A DNA stretch of 59,861 bases, filler included, from Porpidia crustulata (taxonomy: Eukaryota): assembly GCA_964255105.1 (NCBI GenBank). It is 7 parts of 7 records of this genome, joined end to end, with 100 filler letters (N's around TTAATTAATTAA, not from the genome) between each part and the next. Parts side by side here need not be neighbours in the genome. Positions count along the whole stretch, not along the records: positions 1 to 8,471 come from CAXUWE010001108.1; positions 8,572 to 17,041 come from CAXUWE010001109.1; 5 more parts are not named here. One strand, given 5' to 3'. Under the pieces are notes generated by a model that saw nothing but the letters and a program-made list of their open reading frames with translations, was not told the origin of the DNA and searched no databases. This document shows, piece after piece, positions 1 through 12,062 of the stretch. The position numbers and the translations under genes were made by a program. How positions within the stretch are numbered: the first letter of the stretch is position 1; each line of letters starts with the position of its first letter.

Positions 1-2988
1 CTCAGGGGTACTCTGGAGGGGCGTGGTTGTCAAAGGATCGGATATGGGAGCGTAGCCTGATATTGCAAGAAGCTCGTCTAGGGGCTTCTGGGATATAGCT
101 TGCTCCATCTTCAGGTCGGCCTCATTGAAGGCAGCAACTGCTTCGTGTAGGTCCAAAACCGCTTCCGGTTGCTCAGGCTCAGGCGGCGCATCTGGATCAT
201 AAGTGGTTGTGTGGACGACCACTGAGGTACTACCGGATTCTTCGCGCTCGCGGCGTTCTTGATCGGCTTTGATATGTGCTTGAAGCTCGCGCTTGGTGTC
301 CTCGAGAATAGCTTCTTGACGCATGCGCTTACTTGCCCTCGCCTGATCCCGACGTTTGTACTCCCCGGCAAGCAGGTGCTGGATTTCCTGGATCTCACCT
401 TTGCATTTGATCCTAAAGCCAAGAATGATGTCACGTTCGTAGATATGGTCGTCGTCAGGCTCATCGCGCATGGTTGTGTAATATACTTCGAAAAAGCGAT
501 CGATGAATACTTTGATGTGGTCCCTCATCTTTGGGGTCTTGAAAGCGTTAAGTTCATTACGGAAAACGTCCCTCTCCAGTCTGGTGCGGAAAGCCCTGAT
601 GGTGAATTCCTCTCTCAACTTGAATAATGGATCGAGGAGTTCGTTGAAGGCTTCCTGGGTAGCGTGATAAAGTACCTCGCGCCCGACGTCCTTTTCTACC
701 TCTGGGACCTCGTAGCCTCCCCAGCGTTCACCCATCGGTATGCTTCGGGAAGACATCGACGTTGCTGACCGAGTTTCGTTTTCGTCATCGGTAGCCACAT
801 CATCTTCGAAACGTACTTTTGACGATGACCTTGATCTACGAGATGGTGGCGTGGTTTGGTGCAAATCTTCTAGTGTGGCTTCCTTCACCGGAAGAACTTC
901 TGAGTCTTCAATATGATGGAACAACCATAGAACAAACTTTATGGCTTCTGAAAAGTTTGGCGCAACATGCATGATAGCTTCGGCAATCAAGTCCGCGGTC
1001 CACCCTTGGGTGATCATGTCGAGCACCAAGTGTGCGTGCTCTGATGCAGTTTCGAGGTTCTGAAGTGATGACCATCCAAGGCGGTAAAGCTTCGTCGAAA
1101 CCGATGTGCGGAACTTATCTGCAGTATCTACTTCCAGTATTCCTGTGAGGGTGGCCACACGGATGGCAACCGGATCGTCCACATGACGCTTGCCGTTCGG
1201 CGGAGAACCCCTCTCCTTACGATCAAACCCGTCCGGTGGAACAAGACCGTTTTCATCATCAAGATAGAATTGACGTCGTCGCCATCTATCGTAAACCCCT
1301 TCTTGTCTCGCAGTCTGGTGGTCCTTCACGTGGTATTCTAGCCTTCGGAGTGCGAGACTAAGTATTTTGAAGCGTTCTGTTGGATCTGTAACCTCAGCAC
1401 ACGTGTGCGGTTCGGATCCCTCAGCAGGTACCTCAGGCCAGTCGAGGGCATCTTGTCCATCTTCGAAGATTAGGAAACTCGGAGGCCAGACAATATCTGA
1501 CATGTCTCCTGCCAGCATGGATTTGCACATTTCAACATCTTCAGTGATATTCTCACGTACATAACCAAGCGCGGCCCTTTCAGCTTGGTCGGCCAAGCTT
1601 TTGTTGAAATCTCCTGTGTCGGTCTCATCCTCTCTCACTGTGCCTATGTTGTCCTGAATTACAAGGTCGCCATTTTTGTCCTCAACTTTGCCGTCGCCCG
1701 TCCTAGACTGCTCACCAAGTTCGATTGCACCCGAGAATGCTGAACTAATTGGTTGACTACTTACGACAATATCTCTTGCACCTACAGACGCGTCAAACAT
1801 TTCGTCCTCCATACTAGTAACAACATCCCGAAGGAGTTCTTTAGTAAGAGCATAGTTTGCTCTGAACATTCGTAAGAAGTCTTTTCTGTCGACGTACCCA
1901 TCATGATTTATATCGTAGCCCCTGAAGATCCTCATGCGGTGGACGTCAATATCTTTTTTCGTGAAAGCTGCTGATCCGTCCAGGAACTCGGCGAAACCGA
2001 TCAGACCGTCACCATTGAGGTCGTAGAAATCAAACAAACGGTCGTATATTAAGTTTGGAGGCAGCGCTCTGGTCGACGTACTTGGAATGAAACACTTATC
2101 AAAAGTTTGACGATCAATAGCTAAGTTGTAAGCGTTCGGATCTTCCGGCCATTCGGTGGCCGCTAGACATCGGAACTGCTCCCAAAGAGCCTCAATTTCT
2201 GGGATCTGGTACCCGGTCTTCTTGCAAAGCTCATGCAAATCTTGTCTATGTACATTTCGAACCGCCACTGTTGGTTTACCTGGATACCAAACAGGCTGTG
2301 GCTGTCTTGGGTTGCCAAGGAATGGAGCTGGTATCCTAACTTTGTAGAACAGGTGTGTCTTTGGATGGATCTGGAGTGCCTCACACTGCTCGCAAAAATC
2401 GCAGTCGACGCAATTAGCACAGCGATATCGAATGCCACGGATAGGCATAGCGTTACAACTGTTGCACGTGACGCCTCGATGCACATAACCGTCTTTACGA
2501 GCTTGCTCTTCGGCAATCCGGTAGAGTAAATTCAACAAATTCTGACCTTCTTTGTTGGGTTCGTCATCTCCACGCCATGAGTGGTCGCTCTCCGCTTCTG
2601 ATACAGTTTCCATCTGTTCACCTACTGGAGGATGAGCATCCCACGCGGCCTGGATCTCACTCTCACTGAAATTAGGCTCGGGCTGAGCATCTTCCCGGCC
2701 ATCACGACCGCTATCTGCCAAGGGTCTGGACTGGTTAGAATTCGATTCAAGACCGGCGGTAGCTGATACTTGTGGATTTGTCAACGAGCGTTGTCTGCCA
2801 CGTCGTTGAGCGTTGGAGCGATGCAGCCGGTTTTGCGGCTGTAACGTCTTCGATGAAGATGCAGATTGAATTGATACCAGAGTGTGAATGTAATAAATCG
2901 TACATCCCGCAGCCAGAGCAGCAAGAGCAAGTACAGCAGGCCTGTACCTTGCCAAAGAAACAGCCGAATTGCTGCTTGACGATGCCAT
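1..2988 (-). CDS. ZZ-type zinc finger and EF-hand domain protein (3' end runs off the window)
   Basis: Hand translation; absent from the ORF track, probably because no stop falls inside the window. Begins MASSSSNSAVSLARYRPAVLALAALAAGCTIYYIH (hydrophobic anchor). ZZ finger HRGVTCNSCNAMPIRGIRYRCANCVDCDFCEQCE, EF-hands DLNGDGLIGFAEF and DINHDGYVDRKDF. The same frame is open at position 1. Confidence 0.88.
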   Translation of the reverse strand, partial: MASSSSNSAVSLARYRPAVLALAALAAGCTIYYIHTLVSIQSASSSKTLQPQNRLHRSNAQRRGRQRSLTNPQVSATAGLESNSNQSRPLADSGRDGREDAQPEPNFSESEIQAAWDAHPPVGEQMETVSEAESDHSWRGDDEPNKEGQNLLNLLYRIAEEQARKDGYVHRGVTCNSCNAMPIRGIRYRCANCVDCDFCEQCEALQIHPKTHLFYKVRIPAPFLGNPRQPQPVWYPGKPTVAVRNVHRQDLHELCKKTGYQIPEIEALWEQFRCLAATEWPEDPNAYNLAIDRQTFDKCFIPSTSTRALPPNLIYDRLFDFYDLNGDGLIGFAEFLDGSAAFTKKDIDVHRMRIFRGYDINHDGYVDRKDFLRMFRANYALTKELLRDVVTSMEDEMFDASVGARDIVVSSQPISSAFSGAIELGEQSRTGDGKVEDKNGDLVIQDNIGTVREDETDTGDFNKSLADQAERAALGYVRENITEDVEMCKSMLAGDMSDIVWPPSFLIFEDGQDALDWPEVPAEGSEPHTCAEVTDPTERFKILSLALRRLEYHVKDHQTARQEGVYDRWRRRQFYLDDENGLVPPDGFDRKERGSPPNGKRHVDDPVAIRVATLTGILEVDTADKFRTSVSTKLYRLGWSSLQNLETASEHAHLVLDMITQGWTADLIAEAIMHVAPNFSEAIKFVLWLFHHIEDSEVLPVKEATLEDLHQTTPPSRRSRSSSKVRFEDDVATDDENETRSATSMSSRSIPMGERWGGYEVPEVEKDVGREVLYHATQEAFNELLDPLFKLREEFTIRAFRTRLERDVFRNELNAFKTPKMRDHIKVFIDRFFEVYYTTMRDEPDDDHIYERDIILGFRIKCKGEIQEIQHLLAGEYKRRDQARASKRMRQEAILEDTKRELQAHIKADQERREREESGSTSVVVHTTTYDPDAPPEPEQPEAVLDLHEAVAAFNEADLKMEQAISQKPLDELLAISGYAPISDPLTTTPLQSTPE

Positions 2989-3531
2989 GTCTTGTGGATA
3001 TCAGCAACAGGTCACTTTATATCTTCACCCATGATAGAGTTGAAGCTCTTTGAGAATGTTTTTGTGATAGCAAGGCACTGGTCATTCTTTCCTACGCTTC
3101 ACAGCATAAGTCAATAAACACTTTTGAGGCTCGTATTTAGAGTTATCTATGATCTACAACACTAGTCTTCGATTCTGGCCAATCAGAATACTTAACACCC
3201 TTTCTGATATCTCTCCCCTTCAAAGTGAAAGATGCGATGTCAACACAGTAATGGATTGACCCATGATTGACCTCTTGATTCCCCGATTTGTTGAGCTTAT
3301 TCACCGCGTGGGTTCAACACATGGTCTATGTCTACTAGAATATCACTTCCTCTCATAAGTAGATCCTTACTGATTGACGTCTGAAAGTTCAGAACGCAAC
3401 CTTCCACCCTACGAAGACTTTGTATGCCGATAGTTGAGCCCCGCGCAGCGAGCTCCGAAACTTTTGAATGAAGTTTGTTAATTAGAGGTAAGACTTCTGA
3501 TCAACCAATGACTTCTGATAAAGCTAAGTAG

Positions 3532-3990
3532 GCCCTGGGTACCCTGCAGCCAGCCCAAGTGGACAATTCTGAGAGCACTTTCAAAATTGTCAGTATGGTC
3601 CTTAATTTCGAATTATCAATTTCCAAAAGCCAGAAGGTCGAGATCACCAAGTTCATCTACGAACAAATGTCGATAAGCGGCCGCGTGCGCAAATTCGCCG
3701 TCGACGACGATATCCGCAACATTTGTACAGTGATCGGAATTGGGATCGGAGGGGCCTTCTTTTGCAAGTTGTACACCCATTCCGAGATTAAAATCGGTGG
3801 GGGCCCGGAAGTACTTCTGGTGAAGAAAAATTGCGGAAAGCTGGAAGTCGGCGCGAATGGTAGAGCAAAATGGCAGAGTGGACCATCCTACGTCGATGGC
3901 GATGGGAAGGAATGGCCTTACATCGACGGAAAATGTGCCCGTCTAGAGGAGGTCCGGGCTGCCTGCAAAAGTGAGAAGAAAATCCGATAG
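3532..3990 (+). CDS. possible small multi-exon hypothetical protein (last exons only)
   Basis: Open frame of about 150 codons preceded by an intron-like segment GTAAGA(3488)...GCTAAG..TAG(3531). No recognisable domain; start not located. Confidence 0.25.
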   Translation, partial: ALGTLQPAQVDNSESTFKIVSMVLNFELSISKSQKVEITKFIYEQMSISGRVRKFAVDDDIRNICTVIGIGIGGAFFCKLYTHSEIKIGGGPEVLLVKKNCGKLEVGANGRAKWQSGPSYVDGDGKEWPYIDGKCARLEEVRAACKSEKKIR

Positions 3991-4169
3991 GGGCGTACCA
4001 AGACGGGCCATGCCATCATGGGTGCGAAAAGCGTGCCATGATAATGCAATCTTCTCACAACCTTTCTGCAGTGGATTCACCTCAACGATCAATTGTCTCA
4101 TATTCGGCCATGTCGCGGGAGCGAGATCCTACGGTCTCTTTGGGGCGAGTTTCAGCAGGTTCAAGCAAG

Positions 4170-5741
4170 TCAAATAACAGCTGATCCAATAGATACCAAT
4201 GATTGCTGAGGCCGTCTCTTTTCTCCCGGCATCTCTGTGTAATCTTCTTCTTCCTCGATCCAAGTGTCTTCGTCCGACTCTTTTCCGACTACACGTCGCC
4301 ACATACCCTCCCAAAGCCCCTTTTTGTGGGCCATGGCCAGTACCATCACAACGGGTAAGTACCAAACACTAGCCCAGAAAAGCCCCCTCGCACTACCCTT
4401 GTGCCCTTCCTGTCTCCAAAACCTCCAAGCTTCCCGTACGATCCAGGCATTGGCTATGGTGCTTGTAACTAAAAACCCTTGGTCCGTGATTCCATACCAC
4501 CAAAGCCCTCCACATATAGGAAAGAGAAGTAGAGTATACCTGAATGCCACTCTACCATTCATGCGAGGATTCACCCACACAAGCATTCGATATCCCGCAT
4601 TCTTATACTCTTCCCGGATGTTCCAACTTAATGCATTGAAATGCGGAAATTGCCATGCAAACAGTAGTCCGGCAAGGAGCCATCCGCCAATACTCTGTTC
4701 GTTGAACAGTAATTCCCTCCATTCCCCACTTCCCGTAGCACTTTGCCCAGCAGCAGCTACCCAACCCATCAGAGGAGGGATACCACCTACCACTGCACCG
4801 ACCCAGGTGTTCACCACTGATACCCGTTTCATGGGAGTATACACCCCAGCGTAGAGTAAGATATTGAAGGCCCCTAAGAAAGTAACAGTTGGGTTGACGC
4901 CGAACCACAAACTTCCCACCCCGGTGATGCCTGCAATGCTAGCGAAGAATAGTGCTCCTTTCATACCGATAAGACCTCGGACTATTGGGCGATTGCGGGT
5001 TCGACTCATCTTGGCATCGTGCTCCGGTTCTAGTAACATGTTCATGGCGTTTGCTGAGGCGGTGCAAAGTGTAGTACCGGCGGTGAGGAACACAAGGGTT
5101 AAGGCGGATAGAGATGGCGATATAGTGGTTGTCGGTAGTAGAAGTGTTGGTACAGGATACAGAGAATAGGCCGTTGCTGTGGTGAGTACGATTAAGAAGG
5201 AAAGACGAGGCTTGGAAAGGGCGAGATATGCTGTGAACAGGCGGCGTAAAGAGGCAGGCGGAAGGGAGTTCGATAAAGTAGACAAACGAGACGAAGCATC
5301 TGGAGGGATGAGATGTTCGGCATCGGCGACTACTTTTTTTTCATATTTCAGTCGTTTCCTTCTTCGGTGTGGAAGTTCTAATGCTGATGAAGCACCTGTG
5401 AATTTGTAGGAATTGCTCAAAGTTCCTAACTCTTGCAGTCCAGTTGTTCCCGGACTCAAAATGGAGTTACTGATTCCGTTTTCTGGCGTTTCATCCGTTC
5501 GCAGCGCTGGTTGCAGTTGGCTTTTCTGGGCGGCGAGCGCTCCATTGGCAGAGAAATACTCTCTGTGGAAAATCCCTTGACTTATTGACCTTGCAGCAAT
5601 GCTGTCCTTCCGCTTGGCAGATGCGCCGAATGGCCGCCGAGTTTTGAGGATTGATCCCCTTGACAATCGGAGCAGACATCGGAAGCAAATTACTTTGGTC
5701 TGTAAGAGACTGGGCGCCAACGGACGAGTCTGTCGCAACAT
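4170..5741 (-). CDS. COX10: protoheme IX farnesyltransferase (heme O synthase), mitochondrial
   Basis: UbiA-family motifs LSKPRL, ANAMNMLLEPEHDAKMSRTRNRP, YTPMKR, WVGAVVGGIPPLMGW, WQFPHF, EYKNAGYRML. Likely start MLRQTRPL (presequence-like) at 5741 within the 596-aa ORF. Confidence 0.95.
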   Translation of the reverse strand: MLRQTRPLAPSLLQTKVICFRCLLRLSRGSILKTRRPFGASAKRKDSIAARSISQGIFHREYFSANGALAAQKSQLQPALRTDETPENGISNSILSPGTTGLQELGTLSNSYKFTGASSALELPHRRRKRLKYEKKVVADAEHLIPPDASSRLSTLSNSLPPASLRRLFTAYLALSKPRLSFLIVLTTATAYSLYPVPTLLLPTTTISPSLSALTLVFLTAGTTLCTASANAMNMLLEPEHDAKMSRTRNRPIVRGLIGMKGALFFASIAGITGVGSLWFGVNPTVTFLGAFNILLYAGVYTPMKRVSVVNTWVGAVVGGIPPLMGWVAAAGQSATGSGEWRELLFNEQSIGGWLLAGLLFAWQFPHFNALSWNIREEYKNAGYRMLVWVNPRMNGRVAFRYTLLLFPICGGLWWYGITDQGFLVTSTIANAWIVREAWRFWRQEGHKGSARGLFWASVWYLPVVMVLAMAHKKGLWEGMWRRVVGKESDEDTWIEEEEDYTEMPGEKRRPQQSLVSIGSAVI

Positions 5742-6848
5742 CTCAAGACCACAGCGGACAAACACAGCATCCTTTCTTTCTCTTAACACCTGAGTAGTTA
5801 TGGATGTTCCATTACATAAACGAACAATACGGCGGCCGCTTGCGTCCCAAAATGCACATCTAGACCCGAGCCGAAAGCCCAACAACATCTGTTCAAGAAA
5901 GTCTATCATGCGGAGGTGATTTCTTTTCCAAGTGCGCACTACATTTATTCTACACTTCAATCGTAATGTAGGAGGTATTGCATGCCAGTGAGTGACATGA
6001 CCTTTTTAGGAGGTAAGCCGTATAGACCGACGGATCGAGTCTGCTTTATCCAGTAACGTAGAACTTAGCTATTGTTGTACTGTTAGGATAATTGATATAT
6101 TCATGTAGGTAGGTAGTTTTGGATTATGTCGGATGCTACATAATGGCGAAAAGACTACGACGATTGAAACGTACGCCTCGTCAACCAAGCTTGCCTTCAA
6201 GCAGTGTAGTCGTGGAAGGCGTGTGTGGTAAATTGATCTCGTTCATTTCAGCCGTATAGTAGGTCTATCCATCTAGGAGTGATAAGCACCTGCGGTATCT
6301 ACTGCGTAGCTGGAGTGGGCCTGCCGCGCCTGCCTACTCTGCCTGCAAGCCACGAAAGCAAGCGGGTTCATGCAGGAAGAGACAGAGTCTGACTGTCGGC
6401 TCTTTGAATCTTCTCACTTAACGATGGCCATGAATTTATAGAGCAGTATTGTATGAAACATGTTTTGGTTAAGCTTTGGTGACAAAAGCAACCTTGGCTA
6501 GGTATGATTGCTAATGTGCTCAACGGGCGGGATTCAGGCTCTTGGGAAAAGACATGTGATCTTCAATGATTGAACTGTGCTTCTTGTAAAAATCTACAAC
6601 CTTGGGTTTTATATTTGCGGCTCAGTCGCAGTATGAGCGCAAACTTCTACTCAACGTTGAACAAGAAGGCTGGAGCAGAATACGCAACTTCCTTATCGAT
6701 CCAATTCTTTATACATTTCACTTAATCACCAGACACCTTTCTGGTGTTGAATTATATCCCATCGATGCTTCTCATCGCCTGAGAATCCTCCAAGCGTGCA
6801 TCTTACGATTGATAGTGGCAAACTGGTGATTCTGCAGCCTCTGCATTT

Positions 6849-8330
6849 ATGGAGCGATCCAAAGGGATCGAGTCCGTTAGAAGGAGAGGAGCAGCAAGCC
6901 AGGAAAAGATTAATCCTAAAGGGGAAGAAGATCAAAGAGCCAGATTCTATCTAATGAAAAAGCTTCCAGAGGCTCGCAAAATACTTTGGGATCCGTGGCC
7001 CGTCAAAAAATTCCGAGGGACTGAGGTCTTCAAAGCGGCCCAAAGGCTTATTGACTCAAGAAATACATTATCTCTAGATCACTGCATTGACAGAGTTGTT
7101 CTGCTACCAGCAAGTGGTCATGTTATAGGTATTCAGGGGGGCACCGGCACCACTGATCTGTACAGCTTGAGATCACCGAGTATGCTTCCGAGAAAGGTTC
7201 ATCTCTGGCAGACACGAGGTGGTAAGGTTATGATACATGTGGGAATCGTGTCCAAAACGCTGGCCGGCTATCTCGAAGATCTTGGGGCGACTGATCCCCG
7301 AGATCCCGCCAAGTCTCTCAATTTCTGGAAGTCGCTGTGTGTCAGTGAAACGGATCCAAAACAGCTTGTAATACCGGGAACTCTCGGAGAAATATCCAAC
7401 GTCTTGGAGGAGTTTCAAGATGAAATGCATCGGATATGGCAAGCTTTCACAGTCTTCCCGTTTCTGGCTTTGCCCGCAGAGGTCAGCTTCTCATCTCTGT
7501 CTTCAGCGGAGCCTGAGCAAATAGCGTGGACTAACGGCACTGCTAGCTACGTCAAATAGTTCTCAGGTTCGCCATGGGACGGATTGCTGAGCCCTACGAA
7601 AGCGAGTATCGGCCAAAAGATCATATGCCACTATCCAAACCCAACATGAGCCTTACTTTGACAAGCCGGCAACTCCACAACGAAACCATGGCCGAGCTGT
7701 TCTCCAAGGTGACCTTCTCCTTCCGCCATCACGACCAACTCCTCCGTTTCCTCAACCACATCTCCCGCGCCAGCTTCGACGCCCTCGAATCCATCGAACT
7801 GAAATTCAACCACGAAACCCTCCTCGAACTCTTCGGCGCAAACGTCGAATCGTGGCGCCCCAAAAATATGTCCGTCCGCAACAGCACGGCGTGGATCTAC
7901 CTCGCGGACGCGCCCCCCACGACCACCAAAGGTAGCTTGAGACTCCGGCACATCCGCATCTGCTTCCCGCACCCCCGGCACCGCCGCAGCTCCAGGCACC
8001 TGCAGCACGCATGCCAACGCAAGTACTGCGCCTGGGCGCTGGCGGCGATGCACATGTACCTGATCAAGATCCCGCAGGTCGAGCTCGACGGATGCATCAA
8101 GAACGACCAGAAACGAAAGTGGAGGGACGTGCCCGACACTTATAAGATCTCGCGCCGCATCAAGGACCGCGAGGATTTGAGGGCGTGGCTACGGTATGGC
8201 TGATCCCCCGGCGCGCCTTACCGGTGTATATTGTTTTTCACGCTGACGTTGCGATGCGGTTCTGTTTAGTATGCCGTGTGATTGCAATCCCCCTTGCCTT
8301 GCGAATGGTGCTTTTAGCCACACCGGCTGA
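6849..8330 (+). CDS. fungal hypothetical protein with F-box-like/DUF7730-type region
   Basis: Splicing 7482-7546 (GTCAGC..CTAAC..TAG) gives FPFLALPAE-LRQIVLRFAMG, then LTSRQLHNETMAELFSKVTFSF. A second intron near 8194-8269 leads to MPCDCNPPC...TGA at 8330. 5' end uncertain. Confidence 0.65.
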
Positions 8331-8471
8331 AAGAAAGACATGCGCCTCATAGGCCGTCTACGAAGTTATGACTACGGGGAGGATGATTGTGCGGTATTAT
8401 AGGCGAAGTATTAGGATATATACGGATTCGAGTTGTTGCTCTTTGCAAAATCATGTGTAGTTGTCTGAGGA

Positions 8472-8571
8472 NNNNNNNNNNNNNNNNNNNNNNNNNNNNN
8501 NNNNNNNNNNNNNNNTTAATTAATTAANNNNNNNNNNNNNNNNNNNNNNNNNNNNNNNNNNNNNNNNNNNN
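8472..8571. other. artificial contig spacer N44-TTAATTAATTAA-N44
   Basis: 100-nt spacer with a linker giving stops in all six frames; same layout at all six gaps. Confidence 0.98.
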
Positions 8572-8899
8572 ATGCATTACACTTCGTGCGTGCACAACGC
8601 ATTACGTTCAACGAATTATGATTTATGATTGCGTATTTAATCTATGCGTATATGTAAATCATTATCTCTGTCGCTTCAAATTATTAAATAATTATACGTC
8701 TGAAGTGCGAAACGCGATGCAAAGCAAACGTTGCAGATTTGCTTCGTTTTTCGATGAGATTCGCTAATTCCTAAAATCGGGACCAGACTTTTAAATAGAG
8801 CGATAGAAAAACCTTAAATTGACCGTCACTACAATCTCCGCAAATGAACAGGTTCCTTGATCCAAGGTATCCTCCTTCAAAGTTCTGTCCAGCAACTCA

Positions 8900-9271
8900 A
8901 TGGCGGAAGGTGCTCATCACCTACCAAAGTCAAACACTTTCAGTAACAGAGAGGCCTGGGATGCTCACCTAGATCATGCAATTTCCAGACCAGATGAACG
9001 TTGCGTGTGCGAACCTCGCGGTCACACCCTCCCTCAACATCAAAGCCGCCCCCAACCTCGCCTCGACCCACCGGCCTCGTACCCTCTCCCTCATCCCAAC
9101 CAATCGCCCGAGCAGCAACGACAGGCGCAATTGAGGGCGTACAACGCACGCAATCACGGCAAATTCCACGAACGTAATAGAGGGAGTAAGAAGGCCGGAT
9201 TCGCAGGGATGTGGCAGCTTGTCCGCAAGCTTCTGGTTTGCGGCAGTGATGTCAGTGGAGCGGTATCATGA
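8900..9271 (+). CDS. small hypothetical protein (123 aa)
   Basis: ATG in good context (CTCAATGGC), Pro/Gln-rich, no domain recognised. Confidence 0.35.
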   Translation: MAEGAHHLPKSNTFSNREAWDAHLDHAISRPDERCVCEPRGHTLPQHQSRPQPRLDPPASYPLPHPNQSPEQQRQAQLRAYNARNHGKFHERNRGSKKAGFAGMWQLVRKLLVCGSDVSGAVS

Positions 9272-9273
9272 GC

Positions 9274-9315
9274 AAGAAGAAGAAGAAGAAGAAGAAGAAG
9301 AAGAAGAAGAAGAAG
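9274..9315. repeat. (AAG)14 microsatellite
   Basis: 14 perfect AAG units read directly, just after the stop of the 8900-9271 ORF. Confidence 0.97.
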
Positions 9316-10362
9316 CGAAAGCGTTGTTGGCGTCAAGCATTGCCTTCTTACCCTCATCTATACGGCTTCCCAGCTTGTCCATTACGGCTTGGAACGCTCC
9401 GAAGTCAACATCTCGAGCTCTCTCCCATGACAGTGTTCTATCTCTTCTCGAGTTCCCACCATCGCCTCCGGAATAGGCTGTGGAACGAGATGTGGTTAAG
9501 GCTACAGAGGCAGACTAATGCTATCGTCATGATTCAATTGAAGCACAAATGATTGTGGATGAAAGATCCTCGGATTGAATTAGTACATTCTGGAGATATC
9601 TATGCTTGTATGCCTTCTCAGAAGAACGTGCACGTTTACACTTCACCGTCGGAACCCTAACGGCAAACACTCGCATTTGCACTACGAACCAAAACCTCCA
9701 GCCCTTTTTTATTTCGCACTGCTCCCTTCTAATGACACCAAGGCTGTGAAGCTCAGTCTGCGTGTTTACGAGTGATGTTGCAGTACGCCGAGCAATGTCA
9801 AAGGCCAGGCGGTCGAGGATCAGCGATCTAATTGGAATCAGGGCAATGTATTTTCCTGATTGAGACGCGCAAGCTTTTCAGGCGTTGTGAGGACCGCGTT
9901 TGCTTTAAGAGCTGAGGATGTTACTCATTCGCGTGTGTGGCACTTGATCGTCGTGAGATGGTGCATGCTGTTCTAGACGAGGACGCCGCACGACTACTCA
10001 CATGAGAGGCTCCGACGTAAAAGCCGGCGGAATATTCAGCCGACGGTGGAGCGACCTGATCAATGTTGTGTGGATTTTCACGTGCTGTCAGAGCGTGGAA
10101 GGGGCGGGGAGTGGTAGGATTTCTCTATTCTGGTGGGTGAATCGTATAGTGGAAATAGTCGCATCGCTCGAAAGGATAATGTTTCAGCGAAATAAATGCT
10201 GAGATTATATGTGGCTTGTCTATTTGGATTGAAATGACCATAATTCGTACACCCACGATCACGTCGAGGAAATGAACAGTCACTGTGACAATGAGTTTAA
10301 GATAGCCCATCCCGTCAGTCAGACTTAGATATTTCGCTTGGTCGCTCACTGAAAGTGCAGTT

Positions 10363-11689
10363 TCAGTATTTGTGCTCAACAAAGTGCATCCCACCGCCTT
10401 CAACGTCGAACACGGCAACCACGTTATGCAAGAACGCAGCGCCAATAGCGTAGAACCCATCCTCGTATGCGGATACAAATTCGAATCCATTGGTGAAGCT
10501 CGTGGCGCACGTCTCACCAAGGGAGACGGCGAGAAACATGTCGTTAGGATGCATCGTGAAGCTTTTACCGCCAATGTCGAGACTGAAGGTAGGTGGCGTG
10601 GCATTGCAGGGTACCGCATACAGCGAAAACGTCTTGTTGTAGATGGCGGGAGGGTTGCTGCGCCGAGGGAGTGGTCTGAGTATTGTGGCGCTTCGAAGGG
10701 CTGGGGGCAGGGAATACTTACAAAGCTGCATTGATCTGATCGGCAAGGTCTTGAGGCAGACGAAAAGGGTATGTGCCGCTGTCGACAACAGCCCTGTAGC
10801 TGGTTGCTTGCTTCACACCATTGAGTTCGAATCCTCGTGGCTGGATTGGGTAGTATCGTTCAGGTCTTTCACGGCCGAGGTATTTGAGACCCTGGAACGG
10901 AGTGAAGACGAAGTCTTCCACAGACGTCTCAATGGGCGGGAGTCCGCCAAATGTAATGTACCCTCCCTCAATACCACGCTCCAGCGCCAGCGAAAAAAAC
11001 GGCGCGACAGAATGCTGATGCCCAATCGCGTGGTCGCTATACATACTCTCAAATACAGTTTTGTAGGGTGTAGCGGTCCCATTCGGAAGAGTGGTGCTTG
11101 CATTCTCGTTCGCATAGAGGGCGCCAACTGCTGCAGGGGCCAGGCCAAAGACGCCACTGCGGACCTGATCGCCAAGCGCGTATCCACGGTTTACGAGCGC
11201 GACCTTCTGGTTCTGGACTGAGCGGCCGGCAACGGTGACATTCGCGTATCCGAAGGTACCGTCGAATATCTCGTTTGTTCCATAGAGTTGGTAGTATGTA
11301 TCGTTTCCGGTTTGTGGGATCTGGGGACCAGTATAAGGATCTCCGAGAAGGCATGCGGAGGTCGGAACAGGAGAGCCAGCCACGTCTAGGCATTGGAAGT
11401 CGGATGCAATCATCCAAGTGTCGGCGCTACCAGTGTCGACGAGGAGATAGCGAGGAATCTTGTTGAAGTGGACTTCAATGCAGTACTGGAAATTCTGGTT
11501 CGTGGGGCGGATGACGGCATTGTAGGATGGTCCTACCAGGGAGCTAATCTGGCTGAAGTCACTGCGCTTTGTCAATCTCGCATAATCAGAAGAATGCATC
11601 AACTTAATGGCTGCCGAGTCCAAATGACGATAGTCCGTGAAGGGAATTGCGAGGGCGGCACATGTGAGACAGACAAAAATGTTAAGCAT
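10363..11689 (-). CDS. secreted pepsin-like aspartic protease (family A1), 2 exons
   Basis: Signal peptide MLNIFVCLTCAALA; catalytic motifs LLVDTGSADTW and AVVDSGT; C-terminal IGAAFLHNVVAVFD. Intron 10658-10721 (GTAAGT..CAG) joins INAAF-NPPA. Confidence 0.93.
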
Positions 11690-12062
11690 AATGAAGAGGG
11701 CGCCAATAGCTGTATGCTCAATGGGAAGAAATCAAGAGCATGGATAGCTTGAAAGAACGCTCGTCTGAGAAAGGTGCTTGCCTTTATGTACGGTGACTCG
11801 CAATATTCAGCTGAACTGAACTGGGAGGACGCTTGGTTTATCACGATCAGCATGCTTAGTATTGTGGTGCTAGTGTTCTTGCTTGGTGAGGAGGTAATGT
11901 TCACATCCACTTTAGGAGAAGGGCCGCGCTCGTGTCAAGGTGCATGCGTGGTTACGGAGCGCTGCATTGAGCCCATTTGGGTTAGCCTTCAGGCGGTCAG
12001 CCTTGGACATCAATATTCGGAGTTTAGTGCTGCGGCCGTCTTGGCATCAAACAATGGAAATG

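Noticed and set aside
8516..8527. TTAATTAATTAA recurring about every 8.57 kb as a biological periodic repeat or piggyBac target site
   Set aside because: Always centred in N runs; it is an assembly linker.
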